Position numbers and translations under genes: made by a program
Shown: one piece after another, positions 28,675 to 38,657 of the stretch
Numbering within the stretch: the stretch's first letter is position 1
Layout: each line of letters begins with the position of its first letter
The notes under the pieces: model-generated
Seen by the model: the letters and a program-made list of their open reading frames with translations, nothing else
What the model was told of the DNA's origin: nothing
The model's database searches: none
Assembly: GCA_040878325.1 (NCBI GenBank)
Contig: JBBDMM010000018.1
Span: forward strand, 147,083 to 199,922
DNA from: Acidimicrobiia bacterium
GTDB lineage: Bacteria; Actinomycetota; Acidimicrobiia; Spongiisociales; UBA11373
Direction of reading: 5' to 3'
Length of the DNA: 52,840 bases

Positions 28675-29610
28675 TTGCCCAAGAAGATCATCATCGACAC
28701 TGATCCGGGGCAGGACGACGCCGTTGCCATCCTGCTTGCCCTTGCCTCACCGGATGAGCTCGAGGTGTTGGGGATCACCGCGGTGGCCGGGAATGTTCCG
28801 CTGGACCTGACGACGATCAACAGCCTCAAGTGCGTGGAGCTGGCGAATCGCACCGAGGTGCCGGTGTACGCCGGATGCGACCGGCCGATGAAGCGTGACC
28901 TGATCACCGCCGAGTACGTGCACGGCAAGACGGGACTGGATGGCGCCGACCTTCCTGATCCGCAGGTCGCACCTGCCGACGGGCACGCGGTCGACTTCAT
29001 CATCGAGACCGTGATGGCGTCGGAGAAGGGGACGGTCACCCTGTGCCCATTGGGCCCGCTGACGAACATCGGTACCGCACTGGAACGCGAACCGGCCCTC
29101 GCCGGCCACCTCGAGGGGATCGTGCTGATGGGCGGCGGGTTCTTCGAGGGGGGGAACACCACTCCTGTTGCCGAGTTCAACATCCTGGTGGACCCCGAGG
29201 CGGCCCACATCGTGTTCCATTGCGGCGCGCCGATCACCGTGATGCCGCTCGATGTGACCCACAAGGCGCTCATCCTCGATGAGCATCTCGATCGCTTCGA
29301 TGCGCTCGGGCCGGTGGGTGCCGCCGTGGCCGGTTGGATGCGCTTCTACGAGCGCTACGACGTCGAGAAGTACGGCATGGAGGGCGGTCCGCTTCACGAC
29401 CCCTGCGTGATCGCCTACCTGCTGAAGCCCGAGCTGTTCACCGGGAGGAGAATCAACGTGGAAGTCGAGGTGGACTCGGAGCTCACGGTGGGGATGACAG
29501 TCGCCGACTGGTGGGGCATGACCAACCGCCACCGCAACGCCACCTGGATGCGCAAGGTAGACGCCGCCGGCTTCTTCGATCTCCTCATAGAGCGGATCGG
29601 GAGGCTCTGA
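28675..29610 (+). CDS. Nucleoside hydrolase (IU-NH/Rih family)
   Basis: DTDPGQDD, VHGKTGL, LGPLTN, AEFNI, LHDP; TTG start after GGAGG. Confidence 0.9.
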   Translation: MPKKIIIDTDPGQDDAVAILLALASPDELEVLGITAVAGNVPLDLTTINSLKCVELANRTEVPVYAGCDRPMKRDLITAEYVHGKTGLDGADLPDPQVAPADGHAVDFIIETVMASEKGTVTLCPLGPLTNIGTALEREPALAGHLEGIVLMGGGFFEGGNTTPVAEFNILVDPEAAHIVFHCGAPITVMPLDVTHKALILDEHLDRFDALGPVGAAVAGWMRFYERYDVEKYGMEGGPLHDPCVIAYLLKPELFTGRRINVEVEVDSELTVGMTVADWWGMTNRHRNATWMRKVDAAGFFDLLIERIGRL

Positions 29611-29631
29611 GGCCAGCCGGAGGCTGGCCTC

Positions 29632-29803
29632 GCCTCCAGCCACCAGCCTCCAGCCACCAGCAAGAAGCCTCCAGCCTCCAACTCCAGTCTGAGAGCGTCC
29701 TCCTCCGTCGTCTTCGACGGGGGAGGTGCCGAGCGAAGCGAGGCGGAGGGGGTAGCTGACCCTGCGAGCATTTCGACGCGGTTCTTCGCCAATCGCCAAT
29801 CGC
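29632..29803 (+). repeat. CCAGCCW heptamer tract + REP-like element (29695-29780) + CGCCAAT tract
   Basis: Direct read. Confidence 0.85.
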
Positions 29804-29806
29804 GGT

Positions 29807-29834
29807 GGGGGGGGGGGGGGGGGGNNNNNNNNNN
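29807..29834. other. Poly-G run and 10-N scaffold gap
   Basis: 18 G followed by 10 N. Confidence 0.95.
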
Positions 29835-29842
29835 CCCCCGAC

Positions 29843-30979
29843 CTACTCCTTGTCCGTGAAGGCCAGCAGTACCGCAGCGGCCACCGCCCCGGCTATCGCC
29901 GACACCGTGGTGTTGGCGACCAGGCCGCCCCACTCGAACAACGCAGGCCCGATGGCGTCGCCGGCGGCTCGGCCCAGGCTGATGGCGACGGTGAGCAGCG
30001 CGAGGTAGCGGCTGCGGGCGCCGGGTACGACCTCGGTGGCGAGGGGGATGGTGGCCACGACGGTGATCTCGAAGGCGATGAAGGCGATCGCCAGCGCTAC
30101 CAGCCCGGGGATCAGGCCTCCACCCAGCGCACCGAGAGCAACGAAGCCGACGGCCGACACCGTCACGCCCCACGCCACCATCCGCCGCTTGCCGAAGCGG
30201 TCGGCGAAGGCGAGAACCGTTCCTTCGCCGACCAGTTCGGCGAAACCGATCACCAGTGAGGCGAGCCCGAGAGCGGCGAGGGAGAGGGCGAACTCGTCTT
30301 CGAGCCAGGCCCCGTAGACGATCACCGTGGTCTCCGCCGCCAGCGAGAAGAGCAGCGCCATCACCAGCACCGCCACCGCCGAGCGGGTGATCCGCAGCCG
30401 ACCCGGCCGGGCCAGCTTGCCTCGGGCGTCGGGGTCGAGCAGCAGGGGAGCCAGCAACCCGCCGCTGCCCACCAGCACCGCGGTCACCCAGAACGGCGAC
30501 TCCCATCCCAGCCGGTCGATCAGCACTCCGGCGGCCGGGGCGCCGATCAGCAGCCCTCCCGCCCACGTTAGTTCGATGATGGACAGGAAGCGCGCCCGCT
30601 TCTCGTACGGGGTGCGGTCGGCGATGTAGGCCTGGGCGGCCGCATCGAACGCCGGCTTGCCGAGCCCCATGAGGATGAACCCCACCAGTGCCCCGGCGTA
30701 TATGCCGGTGGAAGCGGTGACCGCAGCGCCGGTTGCGAACATCATCGCTCCGCCGACTGTCAGGCGGATCCGGCGCTCGCCCCGGCCGATCGCCGAAACC
30801 ACCAGCGGCGTGGCCACCCCGGTGAGCGACCGCGCCGACACCAGCAAGCCCGCCTGTTCGAGCGAGACCCCCAGCCCCCGAGAGATCGCCGGTAGGAACG
30901 GAAAGACGAATCGGTACCCGGTGTTGATCACCAGCCGGGTAGCGAAGAGGTAGACGATCGAGCCCCGCAGCGGTTTCAT
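29843..30979 (-). CDS. MFS transporter
   Basis: RFVFPFLPAISRGLG, IADRTPYEKRAR, FADRFGKRR; ~12 TMs. Confidence 0.85.
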   Translation of the reverse strand: MKPLRGSIVYLFATRLVINTGYRFVFPFLPAISRGLGVSLEQAGLLVSARSLTGVATPLVVSAIGRGERRIRLTVGGAMMFATGAAVTASTGIYAGALVGFILMGLGKPAFDAAAQAYIADRTPYEKRARFLSIIELTWAGGLLIGAPAAGVLIDRLGWESPFWVTAVLVGSGGLLAPLLLDPDARGKLARPGRLRITRSAVAVLVMALLFSLAAETTVIVYGAWLEDEFALSLAALGLASLVIGFAELVGEGTVLAFADRFGKRRMVAWGVTVSAVGFVALGALGGGLIPGLVALAIAFIAFEITVVATIPLATEVVPGARSRYLALLTVAISLGRAAGDAIGPALFEWGGLVANTTVSAIAGAVAAAVLLAFTDKE

Positions 30980-30997
30980 GCCGCACGGAGGGTAGGA

Positions 30998-31238
30998 GCC
31001 AGCCTCCAGCCTCCAGCCTCCAGCCTCCAGCCATAGAGCGTCCTCCTCCGTCGTCTTCGACGGGGGAGGTGGCGCCGCCCGTAGGGCGGTGACGGAGGGG
31101 GCACAGACCCCGCAAGAATGCGTCCTCCTCCGTCGTCTTCGACGGGGGAGGTGGCGCCGCCGTAGGGCGGTGACGGAGGGGGCAGCTGACCCTGCGGGCG
31201 TTCCGACGCGTTGCGCATTGCGCATCGCGCATCGCGCA
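30998..31238 (+). repeat. (CCAGCCT)n tract + two REP-like copies (31038, 31120) + GCGCATY tract
   Basis: Direct read; 82-bp period between REP copies. Confidence 0.9.
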
Positions 31239-31286
31239 GCCCCCGCGCCGAACGCAGGTCGCCGCGTCCGTAAACTACGGCGCGCA

Positions 31287-32474
31287 ATGGACATCTCCCG
31301 CCGCCTTGCTCGCCTATCCGATTCGACCACCATGGCGATCACCGCCCGCGCCGCCGCTCTGAAGGCTGAGGGGCGCAATGTGATCGGGTTCGGGGCGGGG
31401 GAGCCGGACTTCCCGACCCCGGCGCACATCGTCGCTGCCGCCCAGGAGGCGGCGGCCGATCCGGCGACCCATCACTACAGCCCGGCCGCCGGCCTTCCCG
31501 CACTGCGGGAGGCAGTGGCGGCCAAGACGGCGCGCGATAGCGGCTATCGGGTCGCTGCCAACCAGGTGGTGATCACCAGCGGCGGCAAGGGTGCGCTGTT
31601 CGGGGCGTTCGCCGCGCTGGTCGACCCAGGCGACGAGGTGCTGCTCTCCAGCCCCTACTGGGTGTCGCACCCCGAAGCGGTGGGGCTCGCCGATGGGGTA
31701 CCCGTGACAGTCGGGACGACACCGGCGAACGGCTTCCGCCTCACCCCCGAGACGCTCGACGCCGCCTTCACCGAGCGGACCAAGGCACTGTTGTTCGTCT
31801 CCCCGGCGAACCCCACCGGCACGGTGTACACCCCTGCCGAGGTGGGCGAGATCGGCCGGTGGGCGGCGGAGCGAGGCATCTGGGTGATCACCGACGAGAT
31901 CTACGAGCACCTCGTCTACGGCGACAGTGTCTTCTCGTCGATGCCGGTGGAGGTGCCGGAGATTGCGGAACGATGCGTCGTCGTCAATGGCGTCGCCAAG
32001 ACCTATGCGATGACCGGGTGGCGGGTCGGCTGGCTGGTTGCTCCCCCGGAGGTGGCGGCAGCGGTGGGCCGGTTCCAGTCTCACTCGATATCGAACGTCG
32101 CCAATGTCTCGCAGCGGGCGGCGCTGGCGGCCGTAACCGGGCCCATGGATTCGGTCACCGAGATGAAGGTCGCCTTCGATCGGAGGCGGCTGACCATGTA
32201 CCGGATGCTCGGCGAGATCCCCGGGGTCTCGCTGCTCGAACCCGAAGGCGCCTTCTACTGCTTCGCCGAGGTCACCGACCTGCTCGGCACCGAGATCGGG
32301 GGGCACTCGGTGAAGACCTCCGAGGACCTGGCGGCGGCGCTGCTCGAAGTCGCCGAAATAGCCATCGTCCCCGGCGAAGCCTTCGGCGCCCCCGGCTACC
32401 TCCGCCTCTCCTTCGCCCTAAGCGACGAAGACCTAGAAGAAGGCCTGACCCGCTTCCGCAAGGCGGTGGGGTAG
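31287..32474 (+). CDS. PLP-dependent aminotransferase class I/II (aspartate aminotransferase-like)
   Basis: GAGEPDF, SPANPTG, DEIYEHL, NGVAKTYAMTGWRVG, VPGEAFG. Confidence 0.9.
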   Translation: MDISRRLARLSDSTTMAITARAAALKAEGRNVIGFGAGEPDFPTPAHIVAAAQEAAADPATHHYSPAAGLPALREAVAAKTARDSGYRVAANQVVITSGGKGALFGAFAALVDPGDEVLLSSPYWVSHPEAVGLADGVPVTVGTTPANGFRLTPETLDAAFTERTKALLFVSPANPTGTVYTPAEVGEIGRWAAERGIWVITDEIYEHLVYGDSVFSSMPVEVPEIAERCVVVNGVAKTYAMTGWRVGWLVAPPEVAAAVGRFQSHSISNVANVSQRAALAAVTGPMDSVTEMKVAFDRRRLTMYRMLGEIPGVSLLEPEGAFYCFAEVTDLLGTEIGGHSVKTSEDLAAALLEVAEIAIVPGEAFGAPGYLRLSFALSDEDLEEGLTRFRKAVG

Positions 32475-32580
32475 GCGGAATGCGCAATGAGCAATGCGCA
32501 ACGCGCAGGTGCGCCAGGAAGCGCTGACTGTTGTCTGGTCTTCCGATTCACGTATTACGCGCAGCGCATTGCGCATCGCG

Positions 32581-33018
32581 TCAGGGCGAGCGAAGCGAGT
32601 CCCTGACCATCTCCAACGCCTCCCAATACCCCTCCAACCCCTTCCCCCACACCGCCCCGATGCACGCCGGGCGGATCACCGACTCGGCGCGCCACGGCTC
32701 GCGGGTCTCGATGTCGCTGATATGCACTTCGACCACCGGCAGGCCGATCGCCTCGATGGCGTCGTGCAGTGCGTAGGAGGTATGGCCGAGCGCCCCGGGG
32801 TTTAGTACCACCCCTTGATATCGACCGATGGCGTCGTGGAGGCGGTCGATGATGATCCCCTCGTGGTTCGACTGGAAGGTGTCGACCTGGAGTCCGAGGG
32901 CGGCCCCCCAGTTCCGGCAGTTCTCCTCCAACTCGCCCAGGGTCGCCTCGCCGTAGATCTCCGGCCGCCGGGTGCCGAGCAGATTGAGGTTGGGTCCGTT
33001 GACCACGAGGATGCGCAC
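32581..33018 (-). CDS. aroQ: Type II 3-dehydroquinate dehydratase
   Basis: NGPNLNLLGTRRPEIYG, FQSNHEG, NPGA, EVHIS. Confidence 0.95.
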   Translation of the reverse strand: MRILVVNGPNLNLLGTRRPEIYGEATLGELEENCRNWGAALGLQVDTFQSNHEGIIIDRLHDAIGRYQGVVLNPGALGHTSYALHDAIEAIGLPVVEVHISDIETREPWRAESVIRPACIGAVWGKGLEGYWEALEMVRDSLRSP

Positions 33019-33022
33019 GGGG

Positions 33023-33769
33023 TCAGGCTATCGCCGGGTCGTGCTCGCCGATGATCTCGCCGGCCAGGGCGAGCGTCTCATCGTCGACCTCGCCGTCAAC
33101 GAGTTCGTGTCCTGCGGCACGAAACCCCTCCAGCACCGCCGTCGTCACAGTGGCGGTGTCTGCCGGAACCTCGTCGGCGATCGCCCCGGTGGCGGCCGGG
33201 TCCCACTCGTAACCGAGTGCCCGGTAGGCCGGGATCAGCGGCAGGTTCACCAGGTCGGCGCGGTCGACCACGATGACGCCCCCCACATGCGCCGACCCCC
33301 GCAGCAGTCGTTGGCCGACGCCCATCAGCTTGCGCGTCCCCCGGGCGTTCACGGAATACCTGCCCGGGCAGTACTCGCCCGGCACCTCGCCCACCCGGGC
33401 ATCGACCCCGAGCGAGGCGAAGGCGTCCACCATGATCGAGGTCAGCGCGTCGAATCGACGGTGGATGGTCTCGCGGGGATGCTCCTCCGGGGTCGACCAG
33501 GCGAACGCCAGGGTGCCCTCGTGGAAGGTGGCGGCCCGGCCGCCTGCCAGCCGCTCCACGGCATGGAACCCGCTGTCGGTCACTGCCTCCAGCGCGGCGG
33601 CATAACCCGGCCGCACTCGATCCTGCCGGCCAAAGGCGACGATCCGGTCGGGGACGAACAGTCGGAGCGTGGCCGGAAGGTCGCCCGAGTCGACCCGGCG
33701 CAGTAGGGCCGACGAGACCGCGGTGTCGAGGAGGGGCGGTCCGAACGCCCGGGTGATGACCTGCAGCAT
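33023..33769 (-). CDS. Lipoate-protein ligase / octanoyltransferase family
   Basis: AFGRQD, RLAGGRA, GEYCPGRYSV, KLMGVGQR. Confidence 0.85.
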   Translation of the reverse strand: MLQVITRAFGPPLLDTAVSSALLRRVDSGDLPATLRLFVPDRIVAFGRQDRVRPGYAAALEAVTDSGFHAVERLAGGRAATFHEGTLAFAWSTPEEHPRETIHRRFDALTSIMVDAFASLGVDARVGEVPGEYCPGRYSVNARGTRKLMGVGQRLLRGSAHVGGVIVVDRADLVNLPLIPAYRALGYEWDPAATGAIADEVPADTATVTTAVLEGFRAAGHELVDGEVDDETLALAGEIIGEHDPAIA

Positions 33770-33778
33770 CAGGCGAGG

Positions 33779-33806
33779 CTAACGGTTGGCCAGATGAGGC
33801 CGATAT
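33779..33806 (+). promoter_or_regulatory. Putative sigma28-type promoter
   Basis: CTAAC-N15-GCCGATAT, 5 nt before an in-frame ATG. Confidence 0.4.
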
Positions 33807-33811
33807 CCGAC

Positions 33812-34549
33812 ATGGTGAGCGATAATCGGCAGGTCTTTTCCACGCGAGGTGACCCGATGAGCCGGGCATTCCACCGTCCCCCCGTCATGGCGTTGCTGGG
33901 TTTCGCCCTGATCGTCTCGGCGTGCGGCGACGCGCTGACCGGGATCGGGGACCTGTCGGAGCGAGTGGTCCACGGCGACGGCACCGCGAGCACCACCACC
34001 ACCGCACCGACTGGTACCGACCTCAAACTCAAAGGAGTGACGGGTGTCGTCTGGTTCAACGACGGGCTCGGTGCCGAATTGGGCGATCTGGATCGGGAGG
34101 ACACCATCGCCGCCGTCTGGGCCCGGGGCAACTCAGCCGATCCGTTCATCCAGGCCAGCCGCCATGAGGTCGCTCGGTCGCTACCGGGTGTCCAGTTCCC
34201 GCAACTGGTACCAGCCGCGATCACCCACGTGACCAGCCAGTTGGTGTTCGATGTCTCCACGGCCAGCCTCGATCCGTCGACTGCCGTGGCCTTCGGACTG
34301 TGGACCGGCGAGCCCTACACCCTGCCGCGCACCGAGTCGCAATTGGCGGTGTTGCGGGTCGGCCTCAAGACCTTCGCAGGCGACCCGGAGGATGAGATCT
34401 TCTCCTTCCAGGTGACCGATGGCCAAGAACTGGTCTGGACCCACGGCGACTTCGTATACCAACTCTTCTGCCGCCGCGGCGTCTCCGACGAAGCCTGCTT
34501 TGCCATCGCCGACTCAATGATTCCAGTGGACCTGCTGCTGAGGATCTGA
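33812..34549 (+). CDS. Lipoprotein of unknown function (start could be 33857)
   Basis: Lipobox VSAC; GC3 bias. Confidence 0.7.
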   Translation: MVSDNRQVFSTRGDPMSRAFHRPPVMALLGFALIVSACGDALTGIGDLSERVVHGDGTASTTTTAPTGTDLKLKGVTGVVWFNDGLGAELGDLDREDTIAAVWARGNSADPFIQASRHEVARSLPGVQFPQLVPAAITHVTSQLVFDVSTASLDPSTAVAFGLWTGEPYTLPRTESQLAVLRVGLKTFAGDPEDEIFSFQVTDGQELVWTHGDFVYQLFCRRGVSDEACFAIADSMIPVDLLLRI

Positions 34550-34560
34550 AGAGAGAGTAC

Positions 34561-35619
34561 GTGATGCGCCAGGACTCTCCCCGATCGAACTTGACGGACG
34601 AGGCGTCTTCAGAGGGGAACTCGTCGCCTGCCCGCGCACCGGGCGGGAGGGTGCTCGGGACTCTCCTGGCCATCGGGTTGTCCCTCACTGCCTGTGGTAC
34701 GACGGCCGGCCCAGTCGACGCCGGCGAAAGCCAGAGCCAGACCTCCACCTCGAGTCATGAAACCCCGGTCCCCTTTGGTTTCGCCTATGAGCTGACGCTG
34801 GGACGAAGGACCGCCGACCCTGGCCAGGAGTACTTCGGGACAGCGATGGTTACGGCCGAGGCGCCTCTGGCCGACCGGTTCAGGACCTCGGACGCGGTGC
34901 TGGTATTGGATATTGTCGAGGTGGGTGAGCCCCGGCTCAATAGCACGGATGACCTCTGGTGGTCTCCGCCGCATTCTGAAGATGCGACGCTGTTGCGGCC
35001 CGCGGTCGGGATCGACGTGGTGGTGAGGCTGGTCGGCGTCCTCAAGGTGCGGGCCCGTGACACTTCCTTCGCGCTGCGCCCGGGAACGCCCGATCTCTCC
35101 GGAATTGGAACCCCGCATCCTGCCCGCCTCGTGCCGTCGTTGCCGCCTATTGGCGAGCCGGGTTCGATATGGGTCACGGGCGGTGTCGCCACCGTCAGGG
35201 TCACTGCCGAGGAGTGGCAGAGGTACCTCTCCGACTGGGGGAGCGCCGGAGATGGTAACGACGGCGTCGGCGGACCCGCAGACGGCGGCGACCCGATCCC
35301 TGCCGAATTCACCATGGAGGTCGGTGGGCAACCGGGGATGGACCTTGCCGAGGGCGGGCGATACGTCGTCTTCCTCGAGGCAGTCGAGGTTCCGCAGAAG
35401 GATGGCTCGGTGCACCATGTGTGGACCGGCAGTTACAGCACGTCTCGATCGCAGCTGCTTCTCGATCCGGTATCCAGCCGGTTCGTCGAACCAGGCACGG
35501 ACACGGAGGTGTCGGTCGATGAGCTCGAGGCCGCTCTGACTTCCGCACTCGACGCCGATCCGGAGCCCTCGGCATACCGCACCGACGAGTTCGCACGCCT
35601 GTTCGGCGACGGCGGGTAA
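34561..35619 (+). CDS. Lipoprotein of unknown function
   Basis: Lipobox LTAC; 11 nt downstream of the previous gene. Confidence 0.65.
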   Translation: MMRQDSPRSNLTDEASSEGNSSPARAPGGRVLGTLLAIGLSLTACGTTAGPVDAGESQSQTSTSSHETPVPFGFAYELTLGRRTADPGQEYFGTAMVTAEAPLADRFRTSDAVLVLDIVEVGEPRLNSTDDLWWSPPHSEDATLLRPAVGIDVVVRLVGVLKVRARDTSFALRPGTPDLSGIGTPHPARLVPSLPPIGEPGSIWVTGGVATVRVTAEEWQRYLSDWGSAGDGNDGVGGPADGGDPIPAEFTMEVGGQPGMDLAEGGRYVVFLEAVEVPQKDGSVHHVWTGSYSTSRSQLLLDPVSSRFVEPGTDTEVSVDELEAALTSALDADPEPSAYRTDEFARLFGDGG

Positions 35620-35748
35620 CCGGCGGGAGATCGTCTGGGCGCATCCTGCGCCCTCTTGCCAATCGCCAATCGCCAATCGCCAATCGCGGCCGAGCGAAGC
35701 GAGGCAACTCCCGGAACATCGAACGCCCCCATAAGGTTCCCCTAACTC

Positions 35749-37653
35749 ATGCATCCAGGTGGCGGTAATTGGTGGTCGTACATCCAGTACGACGAGGAGC
35801 AGGATCGGCCGAACTTTGACCGGGCCTTGTTCCGCCGCGTCATGGCGTATGCCCGGCCGTATCGAGGCCTGCTGGCGGTGGTGATCGTCACGATCGTGGT
35901 GATCACCCTGGTGTCGCTGCTGCCGCCGCTGCTGATGCGCGATCTGATCGACCAGGCGATCCCCGCCGAGGATCTCGGCCGGGTCACGCTGCTCGGACTG
36001 GGGATGGTGGCGATCCCCATCGTCAACGGGATCGTCGGCGTGGTCCAGCGCTGGGCCTCCGCCCGCGCCGGTGAGGGGATCATCTTCGATCTGCGCACCG
36101 GGGTGTATTCGCACCTGCAACGGATGTCGCTCGGCTTCTTCACCACCACCCGCCCCGGTGAGTTGATGTCTCGCCTCAACAGCGATGTGGTGGGGGCGCA
36201 GTCGGCGGTGACCGGCACCCTGGTGTCGGTGATCTCCAACGGCTTTGCCGCGGTGGCCACCATCGTGGTGATGCTCAGCCTCGAGTGGCGGCTCACCCTG
36301 GCGGCGGTGGCGATCCTGCCGCTGTTCATCGTGCCGAGCCGGCGGGTCGGCCGGGTGCTCCGCCGGATCACCCGTGACGGAATGATCGCCAACGCCGACA
36401 TGAACAGCGCCATGAACGAGACCCTCAACCTGAGCGGGGCACTCCTGGTCAAGTTGTTCGGCCGCACTTCCGACGAGGACAGCCGTTTCGGCGGCCACGC
36501 CGCCCGGGTGCGCGACCTGGGCGTCCGTCGGGCGCTGATCGGCCGCTGGTTCTTCATGGCACTGGGGGTGGTCAGCGCCCTGGGAACCGCATTGGTCTTC
36601 TGGCTGGGGGCCGTGATGGTGATCCGGGGAGTGCTCACCGTGGGGACGGTGGTGGCCCTCTCCGCCTACCTGGCAAACCTGTACGGCCCGCTGGCGGCAC
36701 TGTCGAACGCCCGGGTCGAGTTGGCGACCTCGCTGGTGTCGTTCGAGCGGGTGTTCGAAGTCCTCGACCTTCCCCGGGACATCGACGAGCCCGCCGACGC
36801 AGTCCATCTCGATGAGGTGCAGGGCCGGGTCACCTTCGACGGCGTGTCGTTCGACTACCGCACCGCGGCTCCGGTGGGCCTGGCGGCAGTGGAGCGCATC
36901 TCCCGCCGCTCCTACCAGCCGGCAGCCGAAGCCACCCCGGTGTCGGAACGACGGGGGAGGGAGCGAGCAATCGACCACCTCGACTTCGACGTCAGCCCGG
37001 GAGAGTTGGTGGCGCTCGTGGGCCCGAGCGGCGCCGGCAAGACCACCGTCACCTACCTGATCCCCCGGCTGTACGACGTCACCGACGGCCGGGTACTCAT
37101 CGATGGGCACGATGTACGCAGCCTGACCATGGAGACCCTGGCCCGGTCGATCGGCGTGGTCACCCAGGAGACCTACCTGTTCCACGACACCATCGCCGCC
37201 AACCTTCGCTACGCCCGCCCCGACGCCACCCAGGAGCAACTTGAATCCGCCGCCCGCACGGCGAACATCCACGACTTCATCGAGTCATTGTCTGAGGGCT
37301 ACGAGACGGTGGTGGGGGAGCGGGGCTACCGGCTGTCGGGAGGAGAGAAGCAACGGGTGGCGATCGCCCGGGTGATCCTCAAAGACCCCCGCATCCTGGT
37401 CCTCGACGAAGCCACCTCCCACCTCGACGCCCGGTCCGAGTCCCTCATCAAAGAAGCCCTGGAACGAGTGATGGTGGGAAGAACCTCTTTCGTGATCGCC
37501 CACCGCTTGTCGACAGTCCTGGCCGCCGACCGCATCCTGGTGCTCGACGAAGGCCGGGTAGTGGAGGAGGGCACCCACCGCGAGTTGGTGGCGGCAGATG
37601 GGCTGTACACGGAGCTCTACGAGACGCAGTTCGCAGTGGAGGAGGCGGGGTAA
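35749..37653 (+). CDS. ABC exporter, fused permease/ATP-binding (MsbA-like)
   Basis: TMD then GPSGAGKTT, LSGGEKQR, LVLDEAT, IAHRLST. Confidence 0.95.
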   Translation: MHPGGGNWWSYIQYDEEQDRPNFDRALFRRVMAYARPYRGLLAVVIVTIVVITLVSLLPPLLMRDLIDQAIPAEDLGRVTLLGLGMVAIPIVNGIVGVVQRWASARAGEGIIFDLRTGVYSHLQRMSLGFFTTTRPGELMSRLNSDVVGAQSAVTGTLVSVISNGFAAVATIVVMLSLEWRLTLAAVAILPLFIVPSRRVGRVLRRITRDGMIANADMNSAMNETLNLSGALLVKLFGRTSDEDSRFGGHAARVRDLGVRRALIGRWFFMALGVVSALGTALVFWLGAVMVIRGVLTVGTVVALSAYLANLYGPLAALSNARVELATSLVSFERVFEVLDLPRDIDEPADAVHLDEVQGRVTFDGVSFDYRTAAPVGLAAVERISRRSYQPAAEATPVSERRGRERAIDHLDFDVSPGELVALVGPSGAGKTTVTYLIPRLYDVTDGRVLIDGHDVRSLTMETLARSIGVVTQETYLFHDTIAANLRYARPDATQEQLESAARTANIHDFIESLSEGYETVVGERGYRLSGGEKQRVAIARVILKDPRILVLDEATSHLDARSESLIKEALERVMVGRTSFVIAHRLSTVLAADRILVLDEGRVVEEGTHRELVAADGLYTELYETQFAVEEAG

Positions 37654-37709
37654 GGGCGGCGGCCCCCCGTCGCGGAGTGCGGCTTCACAGGCCAGGCGAT
37701 CGGCGTCCT

Positions 37710-37828
37710 TTAGGGGCACAGAGGCCCGGCGTCCTCGGCGCAGTACTCGATCTTCCCGCCGACCATCGTGACCAGGACCTCGATGTCCTTGATGGCGAAG
37801 GGATCGATGCCCGCGGGTTGGCGCCGAG
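37710..37828 (-). pseudogene. C-terminal remnant of an amidohydrolase-3-like gene
   Basis: LGANP-(1-nt deletion)-GIDPFAIKDIEVLVTMVGGKIEY...stop; no upstream coding part. Confidence 0.6.
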
Positions 37829-37860
37829 GCCAATAAGGCGCGGAGACGAGAGGTTCTCGT

Positions 37861-38649
37861 TTACAGCTCTGGCAGTATCTCGTTAAGGATGGCGCGCACG
37901 TACGGGACGAGTTTCTCGCACTCTGAGCGCCCGCCGCCTCCATGCAAGGACCCGCTCATCTGGTTGTATGAGTCGCGCGCAATTTGAGCGACGAGGAGAT
38001 CGATCATTTCAATGGTTCGCTCGGCTTGTCCACTCAGTCGGCCGGACTCGCGAATGAATCTGACCCGTTCAACCTGGGTCGGTCGGCCGTTGTGCCCCTT
38101 GAACCAAGGCTGACTCTTCACATCCGCATCTGGCGCTAGGAAGTGAATTGCCCCTCTGAAGACCTCTCGAATCTCCCCGACCGGGCCGACGTAAGTCGCT
38201 CGGTTGACGTCCTCGAGGTCGCTCAGCGCCTGTATCCAGCTCGCTCGTAGGCCCGAGTCGAGTAGGCCTAGGCGCTCCGCGATGTCGCCGGCGTCACCTC
38301 GTCCAGGGTCAGCTGCGCCGCCCCACCTCACAACCTCGAAGTCCGGAATCACCTCACGCGTCAGCATTCGATCAACGCCACGAAGGTCCCTACGTAGAGC
38401 CAGAATATCGATCCGTTGTCCGACTCTGCGGAGCCAAGCCTGGAGAACTCGATCGACTTCGAGCAGTGTCTCCGCTTCGCCGAGGACCATACTGAAAGCT
38501 GGTCGGTAAACGCGGAACCATGTCTCGACGAGTGCCCGTAGCCTCAAGCCGTCCTGTCGCGATCGCGTGGTACGAGCCCCTCGCCGGGCAAGCTCGCGCT
38601 CAAATAGCCGGAAGGCTCGCGGTACGTCATCAAGGGCCAGCTCGGCCAT
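37861..38649 (-). CDS. Putative pPIWI_RE_Y-like (HEPN-type) nuclease-domain protein
   Basis: SWIQALSDL..R.TY.G..GEIREV...IHFLAPDADV..QPWF..RPT..ERVRFI...SYNQMSGSLH; low GC. Confidence 0.6.
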   Translation of the reverse strand: MAELALDDVPRAFRLFERELARRGARTTRSRQDGLRLRALVETWFRVYRPAFSMVLGEAETLLEVDRVLQAWLRRVGQRIDILALRRDLRGVDRMLTREVIPDFEVVRWGGAADPGRGDAGDIAERLGLLDSGLRASWIQALSDLEDVNRATYVGPVGEIREVFRGAIHFLAPDADVKSQPWFKGHNGRPTQVERVRFIRESGRLSGQAERTIEMIDLLVAQIARDSYNQMSGSLHGGGGRSECEKLVPYVRAILNEILPEL

Positions 38650-38657
38650 GCTGGTGC

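Noticed and set aside
29807..29834. Poly-G tract as a phase-variation or G-quadruplex site
   Set aside because: Abuts the N gap inside a repeat cluster; most likely a sequencing or scaffolding artefact
34609..37272. 887-aa minus-strand ORF (likewise 5099-7267, 10726-12879, 18113-20005, 49981-52653)
   Set aside because: Antisense shadows of well-supported genes in high-GC DNA, with no recognisable motifs
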